Assembly: GCA_963663385.2 (NCBI GenBank)
Contig: CAXXXD010000002.1
Location: forward strand, 992,001-1,056,000
Length of the DNA stretch: 64,000 nt
From: Oceanispirochaeta sp.
GTDB lineage: Bacteria > Spirochaetota > Spirochaetia > DSM-2461
Reading direction: 5' to 3'
Each line of letters opens with the position of its first letter. The stretch's first letter is position 1. The position numbers and the translations under genes are program-made. Below are positions 1 to 9,740 of this stretch, piece after piece. The notes beneath the pieces were generated by a model, which had not been told where the DNA came from, made no database searches, and worked only from the letters and a program-made list of their open reading frames with translations.

Positions 1-2
1 GG

Positions 3-224
3 GGGATTTTCGGTTCGGATGCGACAGATGAAGAGCTTGCGGCAATTAACAGAAATGAAGCCATACGCTGTAGTATCATGTACACCGGATCCTCTGAAGA
101 GGTTGCAGTATACGTCTATGACTGGCTGCTTCAGCTGTATAATAACGAACCTCATGACAAGAATGTATACCATGTATTTGTTCCTGTGGATGGCAGCAAC
201 TATAAAAAGTATTACAACAAGTAA
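3..224 (+). CDS. C-terminal fragment of a sugar ABC transporter substrate-binding protein (RbsB-like); gene runs off the window edge
   Basis: Frame 3 is open from the window start and reads GIFGSDATDEELAAINRNEAIRCSIMY...YNK*. This resembles the G(F/S)D..EA..AI C-terminal segment of periplasmic sugar-binding proteins. It lies directly upstream of the ABC ATPase. Not in the ORF track. Confidence 0.7.
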   Translation, partial: GIFGSDATDEELAAINRNEAIRCSIMYTGSSEEVAVYVYDWLLQLYNNEPHDKNVYHVFVPVDGSNYKKYYNK

Positions 225-295
225 GTCCAGTAATCAGTAAGATATCCACAGAGTCTCATATCGAGGCTTTGTGGATTCTTTATCCAGGAGGTATC

Positions 296-1807
296 ATGCC
301 TAAAGAAGAGATTCCGGTATTAAAATTGAAAAATGTATCCAAGAGATATCCAGGGGTGGTTGCCTTAAACAATGTCTCGATGGAGGTGAAAAAAGGTGAA
401 GTACATGCTCTTGTCGGTGAGAATGGTGCTGGGAAATCTACACTGGTAAAATGCTGCAGCGGGGCTATCAAACCGAGTGACGGTATTATCCAGATTAATA
501 ATGAGGAATTTCATTCACTGACACCCCAATTGTCAGAAAAGAATGGACTTTCAGTGATCTATCAGGAATTCAATCTTATTCAAGAGCTAACAGTAGCAGA
601 AAATGTGTTTTTGGGAAGAGCTATTCGAAATGGAATAGTAATAGATATGAAGTCGATGGCGGAACAAGCCAGGAAAATCTTCTCGCAATTTCATATCAAG
701 ATAAACCCTAATCATGTGGTTAAGAATCTGACAGTTGGTTATCAGCAAATGGTAGAGATCGCTAAAGCTCTGTCCATTGATGCAAAAATTCTATTTATGG
801 ATGAACCGACCGCCCCTTTGACAAAGAATGAGACTGAGGATCTATTTAAAGTCATTCAGAAGCTGAAAGAGGCCGGAGTGACAATAATCTATATATCACA
901 TCGGCTGGAAGAGATCTTCCAACTGTGCGACAGAGTGACTGTTATGCGTGATGGGGAATTTATAAATACTCTAGAGACGAAAGATACCAACAAGAAGCAA
1001 CTTATTGAACTGATGGTGGGGAGGGAGTTTAAAGAGACATTCCCTCCCAGACCATGCTGTATACAGCAAGATGTTGTTTTGGATGTAAAAAATGTATCTG
1101 GAAATGGGGTTCGGGATATCTCCTTTCAGGTCAAGAAAGGTGAGATTCTGGGGCTCGGAGGGTTAGTAGGTGCAGGTCGAACTGAATTGGCGGAATTGCT
1201 TTTTGGTGTAAAACCTATAAAATCGGGGGCTGTTTTTCTGAATAATCAAGAGATTTTCTACAAGGATCCCGAAAATGCCATCAAAAAAGGGATCGCATAT
1301 GTTTCTGAAGACAGAAAACAAAAAGGTGCTTTGCTAGATGTTACTATTCGTGAAAATATTACCATAGCGATTCAAAAAAGAATTTCGAAATTTTCTGTCA
1401 TCAACAAGAAAAAAGAAATGTCTATCGCTGAAAAATTCAAGGAGCAGTTAAGCATCAAGACTCCCGATATTTATCAGCTTGTGAAGAATCTGAGTGGGGG
1501 GAATCAGCAGAAAGTTGTTCTTGCCAAATGGCTTGCTTCCGAGCCTGATCTGATTATTCTCGACGAACCCACTAGAGGTATTGATGTTGGGGCAAAATAC
1601 GAGATTTACAAACTGATCAATGAGCTGGTTCGCCAGGAAAAGGCTGTTATTATGATTTCTTCAGAGATGGAGGAGCTGATTGGAGTTTCTGATAGGATAA
1701 TTGTTTTATCTGAAGGAGTTATTACAGGGGAACTGGCAAAACCCGATTTCAATCAGGAGAAAATATTAGAATTTGCTTCAGAAAACTCAGGAGAGATTAA
1801 AGTATGA
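296..1807 (+). CDS. Sugar ABC transporter ATP-binding protein (RbsA/MglA type, two ABC domains)
   Basis: GENGAGKST Walker A, DEPT, LSGGNQQK, DEPTRGIDVGAK. ATG 296 follows an AGGAGG RBS. Confidence 0.95.
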   Translation: MPKEEIPVLKLKNVSKRYPGVVALNNVSMEVKKGEVHALVGENGAGKSTLVKCCSGAIKPSDGIIQINNEEFHSLTPQLSEKNGLSVIYQEFNLIQELTVAENVFLGRAIRNGIVIDMKSMAEQARKIFSQFHIKINPNHVVKNLTVGYQQMVEIAKALSIDAKILFMDEPTAPLTKNETEDLFKVIQKLKEAGVTIIYISHRLEEIFQLCDRVTVMRDGEFINTLETKDTNKKQLIELMVGREFKETFPPRPCCIQQDVVLDVKNVSGNGVRDISFQVKKGEILGLGGLVGAGRTELAELLFGVKPIKSGAVFLNNQEIFYKDPENAIKKGIAYVSEDRKQKGALLDVTIRENITIAIQKRISKFSVINKKKEMSIAEKFKEQLSIKTPDIYQLVKNLSGGNQQKVVLAKWLASEPDLIILDEPTRGIDVGAKYEIYKLINELVRQEKAVIMISSEMEELIGVSDRIIVLSEGVITGELAKPDFNQEKILEFASENSGEIKV

Positions 1808-2763
1808 ACACTACCGAATTATTTAAAAAATATGGGATCTTCTTAGCATTAGTTATCCTTTTTGTTTTTTTTTCGTTAATGAACAGTGTCTTTTTCACAA
1901 CAAGCAATCTGTTCAATGTTGCCCGGCAGGTTTCCTTTCTTGGAATAGCTGCTGTAGGAATGACATTTACACTTCTTTTGGGGGGGATTGATTTATCCAT
2001 TGGGTCTGTCATCTCTCTTGTCAATGTCGTGGCAGCAACATTAATGGTTCAGCATGGGTTTTCCCCAATAGTTGCTTGTCTTATTGGAATTGCTTTGGGA
2101 ACATTCCTGGGGTTTCTTAATGGATGGGCAATAGCAAATATCGGTATTCCCCCTCTAATTGTCACATTGTGTGCCTTAACTATATGGGAAGGTGTTGCAT
2201 ATATCCTATCAAAAGGTATGCCAATCTTTGGATTTCCACAATCATTTTCCTTTTTAGGGCAGGGCTACCTTGGAGTCGTACCGATTCCTGTCATTGTGAT
2301 GGTTGTGATCCTGATAATAGGGGCATTTATCTTAAATAAGACATATTTTGGCCGGCACTTCTATGCTGTAGGAGGGAATGAAGAAGCTGCTTTCCTGTCA
2401 GGGATTAACGTAAAGAAAGTTAAGTATCTGGCCTACACTCTTTCCGGTTTTTTTGCCAGCGTTGCCGGTATTGTTATTCTTTCCAGAACCAGTTCAGGTC
2501 AGGCTATTACCGGTAAAGGATTTGAGTTCCTTGTTCTGACTGCAATTGCTCTTGGAGGCGTGAGTGTTAACGGAGGAGTTGGAAGGGTATCCAACATTGT
2601 AGCAGGTGTCTTTATTATCGGTGTCCTGACCAATGGTTTGGTTATCTTGAATATCAGCCAATATGTCCAAATGGTTATCAAAGGTTTGGTTCTGTTTACT
2701 GCGGTTGCTTTTGACATGCTGCAGCAGAACGGAAAGCTTAATTTTGTAAAAAACAAGTCATAA
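1804..2763 (+). CDS. Sugar ABC transporter permease (RbsC/BPD_transp_2)
   Basis: Hydrophobic; GGIDLSIG and T.FGR..YAVGGNEEAA.LSGI motifs; overlaps the ATPase stop (ATGA). Confidence 0.95.
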   Translation: MNTTELFKKYGIFLALVILFVFFSLMNSVFFTTSNLFNVARQVSFLGIAAVGMTFTLLLGGIDLSIGSVISLVNVVAATLMVQHGFSPIVACLIGIALGTFLGFLNGWAIANIGIPPLIVTLCALTIWEGVAYILSKGMPIFGFPQSFSFLGQGYLGVVPIPVIVMVVILIIGAFILNKTYFGRHFYAVGGNEEAAFLSGINVKKVKYLAYTLSGFFASVAGIVILSRTSSGQAITGKGFEFLVLTAIALGGVSVNGGVGRVSNIVAGVFIIGVLTNGLVILNISQYVQMVIKGLVLFTAVAFDMLQQNGKLNFVKNKS

Positions 2764-2823
2764 TTTTTTAGATAAAAACAATTAGGATAAAAAAAATATT
2801 AACTCAATATCGGGGATATATAT

Positions 2824-4299
2824 ATGGGATTTACGCAGTTAAATAAGAAAGAGCTGGGGAAACTCAATGGGGTAGAAATACCTACTTATGATTTGAATAA
2901 TCGAAGGTGTCAGATTTTGCACATAGGTGTAGGAAATTTCCATAGAGCTCATCAGGCATATTACCTTCATGATCTATTACAGCAAGAGGATAGTCCATGG
3001 CGGATATGCGGTGCAGGATTGATGCCGCAGGATGAACACATGAAAAAGGCTTTAAGCGGGCAGGATTACATGTATACGCTTGTCTCTCAGAAGTCCGATT
3101 CAGAGGATATACGCATAATCGGCTCAATTCGTAACTATATTCACATATGTACTGAATATTCCAGATTCATTGAAGTTTTCACAGATGATGTGTTGAAGAT
3201 AATCTCGCTGACTGTTACAGAGAAAGGCTATTGCAACACAAATGATTGGAATTTGGATGTGGAGTACGAGGGGATACAACATGACTTGCATAATGAAAAT
3301 GCAATACCGAAGACAGCAATCGGTGTACTTGCTTATGGGATTAAGCTAAGGATGTTAGCCGGGGCTTCCCCTCTGACGATTATGTCCTGTGATAACATTC
3401 CTGGAAATGGAGAGGTTCTGAAAAGAATACTTTTACAATTTGTTGACCAGAAAAAGGATGCAGATCTAAAAGATTATATAAATCGATTCGTTAAATTCCC
3501 ATCATGCATGGTTGACAGAATTACTCCCGGTACAACCTCTGATAAGGTAAAATACCTTGAAAATGAATATGGATTCCAGGATAAAGTTCCAGTTTTTTCT
3601 GAAGATTATATTCAATGGATTATAGAAGACGATTTCAATGTTGAACGACCAGAGTGGGAACGTTTAGGAGTTCAGATCGTCGAGGATGTAAAGCCCTATG
3701 AAATCATGAAGACCAGACTATTAAATGGAGGGCATTCGGCGCTTGCTTTTCCGTCTCTATTATCCGGATTCGAGTTTGTTGACGATGCAATGGAGAATCA
3801 AATCATAAACAAATTTGTTGAGTCATATATGAATGAGGTTAAGGTAACCCTGACACCTATAAACGGTGTCGATTATGATGCTTATATTCAAATGCTCTTA
3901 ACCCGATTTAAGAATCCGGCAATTAAAGATAGAGTCCAAAGATTAGCAGAAGACAGTAGCTCTAAATTCGTGAATTTTATCATCCCCGCATTGATCAAAC
4001 TTATAAACAGAGACGAAAAAACACCTATGATCGCTGTTGTTATAGCGTCATGGATCGTGTATTTGAACGATTCTTTTTCGAATTCTGAGTATGAAGTAGA
4101 TGATCCCCGAAGTGAAAAAATTCGAAATGCGGCATCCAATTCTCTTGAAGATTGTACAGAATTTTTGTCACTCAAAGAGATCTTCCCGGATGAAGTACTC
4201 AATAATCAGGTATTTAAAAAAGAACTGAACAATATGATCAATGATATTCTGAATAAGGGAATAAAATCGGTTTTAACATGTATTATTGAGAAATTATGA
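2824..4299 (+). CDS. Mannitol dehydrogenase family oxidoreductase (polyol/mannonate dehydrogenase)
   Basis: HIGVGNFHRAHQA, SLTVTEKGY, SCDN, MVDRITP and K.RLLNGGHS motifs. Confidence 0.92.
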   Translation: MGFTQLNKKELGKLNGVEIPTYDLNNRRCQILHIGVGNFHRAHQAYYLHDLLQQEDSPWRICGAGLMPQDEHMKKALSGQDYMYTLVSQKSDSEDIRIIGSIRNYIHICTEYSRFIEVFTDDVLKIISLTVTEKGYCNTNDWNLDVEYEGIQHDLHNENAIPKTAIGVLAYGIKLRMLAGASPLTIMSCDNIPGNGEVLKRILLQFVDQKKDADLKDYINRFVKFPSCMVDRITPGTTSDKVKYLENEYGFQDKVPVFSEDYIQWIIEDDFNVERPEWERLGVQIVEDVKPYEIMKTRLLNGGHSALAFPSLLSGFEFVDDAMENQIINKFVESYMNEVKVTLTPINGVDYDAYIQMLLTRFKNPAIKDRVQRLAEDSSSKFVNFIIPALIKLINRDEKTPMIAVVIASWIVYLNDSFSNSEYEVDDPRSEKIRNAASNSLEDCTEFLSLKEIFPDEVLNNQVFKKELNNMINDILNKGIKSVLTCIIEKL

Positions 4300-4327
4300 C
4301 TCAATAATACATAGGGTATTGTAGAGA

Positions 4328-4372
4328 ATGAGCTTGATAGGTTTAGATGCAGGAACTACCTCAATAGGCTAA
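4328..4372 (+). pseudogene. Truncated FGGY-family carbohydrate kinase (first 14 codons only)
   Basis: ATG AGC TTG ATA GGT TTA GAT GCA GGA ACT ACC TCA ATA GGC TAA = MSLIGLDAGTTSIG*, matching the N-terminal phosphate-1 motif (IG.D.GTTS.K) of xylulokinase-type kinases. It sits where such a kinase would follow the polyol dehydrogenase. Confidence 0.65.
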
Positions 4373-4441
4373 AATTCTATAGAAATATTCTTAAATTGTT
4401 TTATAGTAAATAAATGGGTTTAAACCCCTAGTGGAGTTAAA

Positions 4442-4466
4442 GGTCTGTGTGCGTTTCACACAGACC
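4442..4466. repeat. Perfect 10-bp inverted repeat (hairpin) at the composition boundary
   Basis: GGTCTGTGTG-cgttt-CACACAGACC. Confidence 0.6.
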
Positions 4467-4708
4467 CCCTTATTATGCTAAAAAATCTAAGTCTTCTTCC
4501 GGTTTCTTTATTTCCCCTTATTCTGATGAGTCCCGTATCCTACAGGCTGACAAACCGGATCATTTCTAATAACAAACGGACCAATACGGAAGTGGTTATT
4601 GACCGGGTAAGGGATGAACTGAATGCGCTTCTCTCCGAATCCCGAGTCTCTGAATCCCTGGAAAAACATTTACTTTATAAGTTAATACAAATTAATAAGT
4701 ATAATCTA

Positions 4709-4738
4709 TTGACGTTAGGCAAGGCTAATTATTATATT
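4709..4738 (+). promoter_or_regulatory. Putative sigma70 promoter with a DtxR/TroR-like palindromic box between -35 and -10
   Basis: TTGACG (4709) ... TATATT (4733); TTAGGCAAGGCTAA at 4715-4728, upstream of DUF2023-flavodoxin. Confidence 0.45.
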
Positions 4739-4769
4739 TAGTTATAAACAAAACCTTTCAGGGAGTGTT

Positions 4770-5120
4770 ATGAAAGTTTTTATCCATCATATCTATGAAT
4801 TGAAAAAAGGACTGAGAAGACTGGTTCTGCATACCTGTCCTTCCTCTGATCTGCCGGTAATCGAGAGGAAACTGAAGAGCGAGGGGATCCCCTATCTGAT
4901 AGATCAGGTAACGAATTCCAAAATCAATGTTTTTTTCGGGGATGAAACCTGTATTAATGTTCTGAAGGAGTTTTCAACCCTGGCACTGTATCAATTGAGT
5001 GATCAGGAGGATTTTATCCTGGGAACTTTACTGGGGTACGATCTTAAAATTCAGTGCCTTAGGTTTTTGGAGAGGGTGAAGGCCGATTCCAATGAAGGCC
5101 TCCAAATTCTCATGGCATAA
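4770..5120 (+). CDS. DUF2023-family protein
   Basis: N-terminal HHIYE.KKGLR.LVL.T and C-terminal EDFILG.LLGYD...QC.R.L motifs; neighbours flavodoxin, as this family typically does. Confidence 0.8.
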   Translation: MKVFIHHIYELKKGLRRLVLHTCPSSDLPVIERKLKSEGIPYLIDQVTNSKINVFFGDETCINVLKEFSTLALYQLSDQEDFILGTLLGYDLKIQCLRFLERVKADSNEGLQILMA

Positions 5121-5140
5121 ACAAGTTACAAGGAGTTTAG

Positions 5141-5620
5141 ATGACAGTCATAATTTACGGTTCAACAACGGGTAATACGGAAGAGGTTGCCAGAAAAATA
5201 GCAGAGGAAATGGGAGATGCCAGACTGGTGAATGCAGCAGATGCTGCTCCGGATGATCTTTCTTCTGCCGACAGAATCATCCTCGGTACATCCACATGGG
5301 GAGTCGGAGATCTTCAGGATGACTGGGAAGGTAAGATGGGTCTGTTTGACGGCCTGGACCTTTCCGGAAAGAAAGCGGCTGTTTTCGGACTTGGCGACCA
5401 GGAAGGATACCCGGACAGTTTTGTGGACGGAATGGGTATCCTGGCCGGAAAACTGAGTGAAACGGGAGCAGAGCTAGTGGGAACATGGCCTGTAGAGGGT
5501 TATGAATTTGATGAGTCCGGGGCAGTTACGAACGGGCAGTTTGTCGGTCTGGCGCTGGATGAGGATAATCAGAGTGATCTGACTGATCAGAGAATCCGGG
5601 ACTGGATTGGAACTCTTTAA
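5141..5620 (+). CDS. fldA: Long-chain flavodoxin
   Basis: YGSTTGNTE FMN loop, GTSTWG.G.LQDDW, FGLGDQ.GY.D.F.D, FVGLALDEDNQ. Confidence 0.93.
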   Translation: MTVIIYGSTTGNTEEVARKIAEEMGDARLVNAADAAPDDLSSADRIILGTSTWGVGDLQDDWEGKMGLFDGLDLSGKKAAVFGLGDQEGYPDSFVDGMGILAGKLSETGAELVGTWPVEGYEFDESGAVTNGQFVGLALDEDNQSDLTDQRIRDWIGTL

Positions 5621-5795
5621 TTTAAACGCCTCCGGTTTTCTGTCAGAAAGCCGGAGCAAACGGCGGGACTCTGCATGATCCGGGCTGAAGTTCTCAACTC
5701 CCACCGGGGAATTTACTGTTTTCCCTTCTGATTCCTATGATAACATGGTATGGTCCAATTGTTTAACTGAATTGATAGGATAAAGAGGATAGGTT

Positions 5796-6356
5796 ATGAA
5801 AAAGCTTGTAGAGGTATCTGCACAGTCTCACAAGGAAGAGCTGGATATTCGTGTTGTACCTGTTGATGCCGGTCTGATTAGAAAAGATGCGGTATTCAGA
5901 GAGGCCTGTGAACAGAATCTCTGCGGGCATTACAGCGCAAAATGGATGTGTCCTCCCGCTGTCGGTACGGTAGAAGAACTGACCGAAAAACTGAAGCAGT
6001 ATAAGAATGCTGTTGTGATTCAGAGCATACATCCCTTAAAGGATGATCAGGATACCGGGGAGGTATTTACCTGCAGGCAGGAACATATCAGACTATTTAT
6101 GAAAGTTCGGGAAGATCTGTGGGCTGCCTGTCTCTCCGACGATTCCGGAGGATTCCTTGGATTGAGCGCCGGAGAGTGCATGGTCTGTAAAAGCTGCAAT
6201 TGTACAAAGGGGAAAAAATGCCGTTTCCCTGATAAAGCCGTCCCGTCTCTTGAATCCTACTGTATTGATGCGGATGCCCTGCTGAAGTGCTGTAGTCTGA
6301 ATTATCATAACGGTGAAAATACGGTCTCTTTCGTGAGCCTTTTTCTGCTTCAATAG
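5796..6356 (+). CDS. DUF2284-family Cys-rich predicted metal-binding protein
   Basis: C..N.CG.Y...W.CPP and G.C..C..C.......CRFP....PSLE...ID motifs. Confidence 0.8.
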   Translation: MKKLVEVSAQSHKEELDIRVVPVDAGLIRKDAVFREACEQNLCGHYSAKWMCPPAVGTVEELTEKLKQYKNAVVIQSIHPLKDDQDTGEVFTCRQEHIRLFMKVREDLWAACLSDDSGGFLGLSAGECMVCKSCNCTKGKKCRFPDKAVPSLESYCIDADALLKCCSLNYHNGENTVSFVSLFLLQ

Positions 6357-6414
6357 CGTCAATAGCAGGGCCCTGAAAAATTCCTTGACAATTTCTCAAT
6401 TCCAGTATAATTTA

Positions 6415-6430
6415 AATGAAACGTTTCATT
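6415..6430. promoter_or_regulatory. LacI-family operator (autoregulatory), just downstream of TTGACA(6385)/TATAAT(6406)
   Basis: Perfect palindrome AATGAAACGTTTCATT with central CG; a second copy lies at 7495-7512. The -35/-10 spacing is only 15 nt. Confidence 0.8.
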
Positions 6431-6444
6431 ATGGGAGGGGTTTT

Positions 6445-7479
6445 ATGGCTACCATGAAGGATCTGGCAAGAATTGCCGGAGTATCAGTCGGAACAGTATC
6501 CAATGTCATCAATAACAAATCCACTGTAACAGATGAAGTGCGCATGAAAGTTGAGAAAGCCATAAAACTGACCAATTATAAGGTAAATCTCCATGCCAGA
6601 GGGATGATTCTGAAAAAAAGCTTTAATATCGGTTTGATTGTACCTTCCATTCTTGATCCCTTTTTCCCGAGGATGGTTGACGTCATAGAGCAGGAGTGTG
6701 AGAAACTGGATATGAACGTTATTCTGGCATCCTCAAACTACTCGGGAGAGAGAGAAATAGACAAGATTGAGCAGATGCTTTCTAAGAATGTGGACGGAAT
6801 AATCCTTACTCCCGAATCTGATGGAAATATGCCTTATGTCAAAGGGCTGCTTTCAAAGGGAATCCCTCTGGTCCTGTTATCCAGGCGGTATAACAATCTG
6901 CAGACTTCCTATGTTGTCGCAGATAATGAAAAAGCCGCTATTGATGGTTTAAATTATTTATTAGAAAAGAAATACTATGATATAGGATTCCTTGTCTCTC
7001 CATTGATGAACTCCTCTGACGAGGACCGTCTTCAGGGAATTCAGTTGTGGGCAAGAGACAATGCCGATCGCTGCCGTGTTTCTGTGCACTACTGTGAACC
7101 GCTTCCCGAAAAGGACAGGAAGCACAGTATGGAACATCAGATGTCTGAGGGGTATCAGAAGGGTTTGGTTCTGATACGGGAAAACAGGCTGCCCCGTGCT
7201 GTATTTGCCAACAATGACTATATTGCAGTCGGATTTATGAAAGCCTGCTTTGAGGAGGGCGTCCGTATTCCCGAAGATGTGGCACTTCTGGGTGTCAGTA
7301 ATCAGTTTCCGAAAGAGCTTCTGATTAAAGCGTTGAGTACCTTTAATCCTCATGCAGACAGGCTTGGAACAGAAGCTGTGAGAATACTCAAAAACCTGAT
7401 GGATCATCAGGGAGAAATTGTTCCGGAAAGGCATCAGATAAAAATTGGCATGTCCTTGATTGAGGGGATGACAACATAA
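6445..7479 (+). CDS. LacI-family transcriptional regulator
   Basis: MATMKDLARIAGVSVGTVSNVIN HTH plus sugar-binding domain; ATG 6445 follows GGGAGGGG. Confidence 0.95.
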   Translation: MATMKDLARIAGVSVGTVSNVINNKSTVTDEVRMKVEKAIKLTNYKVNLHARGMILKKSFNIGLIVPSILDPFFPRMVDVIEQECEKLDMNVILASSNYSGEREIDKIEQMLSKNVDGIILTPESDGNMPYVKGLLSKGIPLVLLSRRYNNLQTSYVVADNEKAAIDGLNYLLEKKYYDIGFLVSPLMNSSDEDRLQGIQLWARDNADRCRVSVHYCEPLPEKDRKHSMEHQMSEGYQKGLVLIRENRLPRAVFANNDYIAVGFMKACFEEGVRIPEDVALLGVSNQFPKELLIKALSTFNPHADRLGTEAVRILKNLMDHQGEIVPERHQIKIGMSLIEGMTT

Positions 7480-7494
7480 AAAAAATATTTTTAT

Positions 7495-7512
7495 CAATGA
7501 AACGTTTCATTG
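7495..7512. promoter_or_regulatory. LacI-family operator upstream of the ABC-sulfatase operon
   Basis: Perfect 18-bp palindrome CAATGAAACGTTTCATTG, same core as 6415-6430. Confidence 0.82.
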
Positions 7513-7529
7513 GTAAAACAGGAGGTCTT

Positions 7530-8795
7530 ATGAAGAAGGTTGTAGGTACTTTGGGGATGTTGTTTCTTTTTTGCACAGGTCTGTTTGCCGCCGGCCAGCA
7601 GGAGGCAGGATCGGAATCTGTCAAACTGAAGGTGTGGGGGTGGATCTTTAACCAGGGCGAAGGGCCTGTAATTAAAGCAGTTCTGCAGGACTACCGGGAA
7701 CTTCATCCGGAAGTTGAGATTGAAGAAATCGATACACCATGGGCACAGGCGCATGACAAGTTTATTGTGATGACCCAGTCAAGTGATGTTCCGCAGCTTA
7801 CTGCTGTCAACCGAAACTGGCTTACTGAATTCGTATCAATCGGAGCTTTGACGGATTTGACCAGCAGGGTGGATGCCGTTCCCGGAATGAGGGATAAATA
7901 TTATGAAGCGGTGAAGGGGGAGATGGACGGAAAAGTCTGGATGCTGCCTTACAGCGGAGGTAATGCCGCCCTGGTCTACAATAAAAAGGTATTTGATGAA
8001 AAAGGATTGACTCCTCCCGCTACCATGGAAGAGTTTATAGAAATTGGGAAACTCCTTTCCGATCCGGCATCCAATAAATATGCCACACAGCTTTGTATCG
8101 CCGAATCGAATTCATCGGGTGCTCATGTCTGTAACTATGGACCGGTTCTGTACTCATTCGGTGGTAAATATGTGGAAAATAAAAAAGCGGCATTCAATTC
8201 TCCTGAGGGTGTAAAAGCTATGGAGTGGATGATCTCCCTGGAGAACGATCTGAAAATTGCCTCACCCGGATCCATTACCGTTGATGCCAGGGGGATGAGG
8301 GAATCCCTGGCAGGAGGCAGTACATTTATGAACTTTGACGGATCATGGGGAACTCCGTTTTACAATAAGTATCCCGAGATCGAAATCGGAATTGCACCCA
8401 TGCCTAAAGGTGTGTCCATGGGGACTGTTATAAATATTATGAACTGGGGTATTCCGGAAAAAGCAAAGGATAAGGATGCAGCCTGGGATCTGCTGAAGTT
8501 TATTGAGAGCGATGAGAATATGCTGAGACTGTTCCGGGATGCCAATGTAATGCCCAATATGCCGAAATACGGCGAAATGCCGGAATTCCTGGAACAATTT
8601 TCCGGATTCCTCACAACCATGGCCCAATCGGATAACTTTTTTCAGACAGGTTCTATCCCTCATGAATCCGATCTGTACAAAATCCTTGTAAGAGCCTATC
8701 AGAAAGCCTTTCTGGGAGACGCTACAGCCAAGTCAGCACTGGATGATGCGGCTGTAGAATATAATGCACTTCTGGACCGGTTCTATAACAACTGA
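7530..8795 (+). CDS. Carbohydrate ABC transporter substrate-binding protein (CUT1, SBP_bac_1/8)
   Basis: Signal peptide ending LFAAGQQE, LVYNK.VFDE.G...P.T.EE motif; ATG 7530 follows AGGAGG. Confidence 0.9.
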   Translation: MKKVVGTLGMLFLFCTGLFAAGQQEAGSESVKLKVWGWIFNQGEGPVIKAVLQDYRELHPEVEIEEIDTPWAQAHDKFIVMTQSSDVPQLTAVNRNWLTEFVSIGALTDLTSRVDAVPGMRDKYYEAVKGEMDGKVWMLPYSGGNAALVYNKKVFDEKGLTPPATMEEFIEIGKLLSDPASNKYATQLCIAESNSSGAHVCNYGPVLYSFGGKYVENKKAAFNSPEGVKAMEWMISLENDLKIASPGSITVDARGMRESLAGGSTFMNFDGSWGTPFYNKYPEIEIGIAPMPKGVSMGTVINIMNWGIPEKAKDKDAAWDLLKFIESDENMLRLFRDANVMPNMPKYGEMPEFLEQFSGFLTTMAQSDNFFQTGSIPHESDLYKILVRAYQKAFLGDATAKSALDDAAVEYNALLDRFYNN

Positions 8796-8859
8796 TCCCC
8801 GGGGGCATCCGGATGGAATACTCCGGATGCTCCGGAAATTTAATAAATAGGAGAATTAT

Positions 8860-9738
8860 GTGAACATTAGTAAAGAGGCCCGTGGGTATTTCTGGGTAAC
8901 TCCGCTGATTGTAATCCTTTTGCTTACAACCCTGTTTCCCGTTCTGTATATTTTCGGCCTGGGATTCTTTGAAAACTATCTGCCTTCGGGCAAGGTATTC
9001 CCGATTGGTCTGGCAAATTACAGGGAAACTCTTAAGAACCCGCTTTTTTACAAAGTCCTGTCCAATACGGCTGTATATGTCTTTTTCAGCGTCCTGCTCC
9101 ATCTGGTCATCGGTCTGTTTCTTGCGGCGTTTCTGGACAAAAGGAATCGGTTCTCTACACTGGCATCCGGTATGCGGGTCGTATTTATTATTCCCTGGCT
9201 ACTGTCATGGTCGGTAGCATCTTCCATCTGGCTGCTTATTCTGAATCCTACAGGAGTTCTGAACAGTTTCCTGATTTCACACGGCTGGACAACGGATCAG
9301 ATATCCTGGTTCGGTTCTCCCGATTACGCCATGGTCTGGATAATTCTGATAACCGCATGGAAGGCTTTTCCCTTTTACATGATGCTGATATATGCGGCTC
9401 TTACCACCATACCGGAAGAGCTCTATGAATCGGCTTCAATAGACGGAGCAAACCTGGTGCAGAAATTTTACTTTGTCAGTTTGCAGTCCATTATTCCCAC
9501 GATTTTGACTCTGGGTGTCCTGGATGTAATCTGGTCCATCCGGCAATATGACATCTTTGCCCTGACAACCGGCGGCGGACCTCTGGACAGTACCAGAACC
9601 TTATCCCTGCATGTGTATTCCATGGCATTCGAAAACCTCAGGTTCGGCCTGGCTTCGTCCCAGGGAATTATTATTATGTTTATTTCCAGCCTGATTTCCA
9701 TATTCTATATCAGATTGTACGGACAGACGGAGAAGTAA
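8860..9738 (+). CDS. Carbohydrate ABC transporter permease (MalF/UgpA type)
   Basis: EAA loop IPEELYESASIDGA, T.GGP motif. Confidence 0.93.
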   Translation: MNISKEARGYFWVTPLIVILLLTTLFPVLYIFGLGFFENYLPSGKVFPIGLANYRETLKNPLFYKVLSNTAVYVFFSVLLHLVIGLFLAAFLDKRNRFSTLASGMRVVFIIPWLLSWSVASSIWLLILNPTGVLNSFLISHGWTTDQISWFGSPDYAMVWIILITAWKAFPFYMMLIYAALTTIPEELYESASIDGANLVQKFYFVSLQSIIPTILTLGVLDVIWSIRQYDIFALTTGGGPLDSTRTLSLHVYSMAFENLRFGLASSQGIIIMFISSLISIFYIRLYGQTEK

Positions 9739-9740
9739 AA

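Noticed and set aside
19..240. 73-aa ORF in the track
   Set aside because: The overlapping frame 3 encodes a recognisable SBP C-terminus.
4475..4741. 88-aa ORF upstream of DUF2023
   Set aside because: No RBS or motif, and it runs through the apparent promoter/operator. It cannot be fully excluded.
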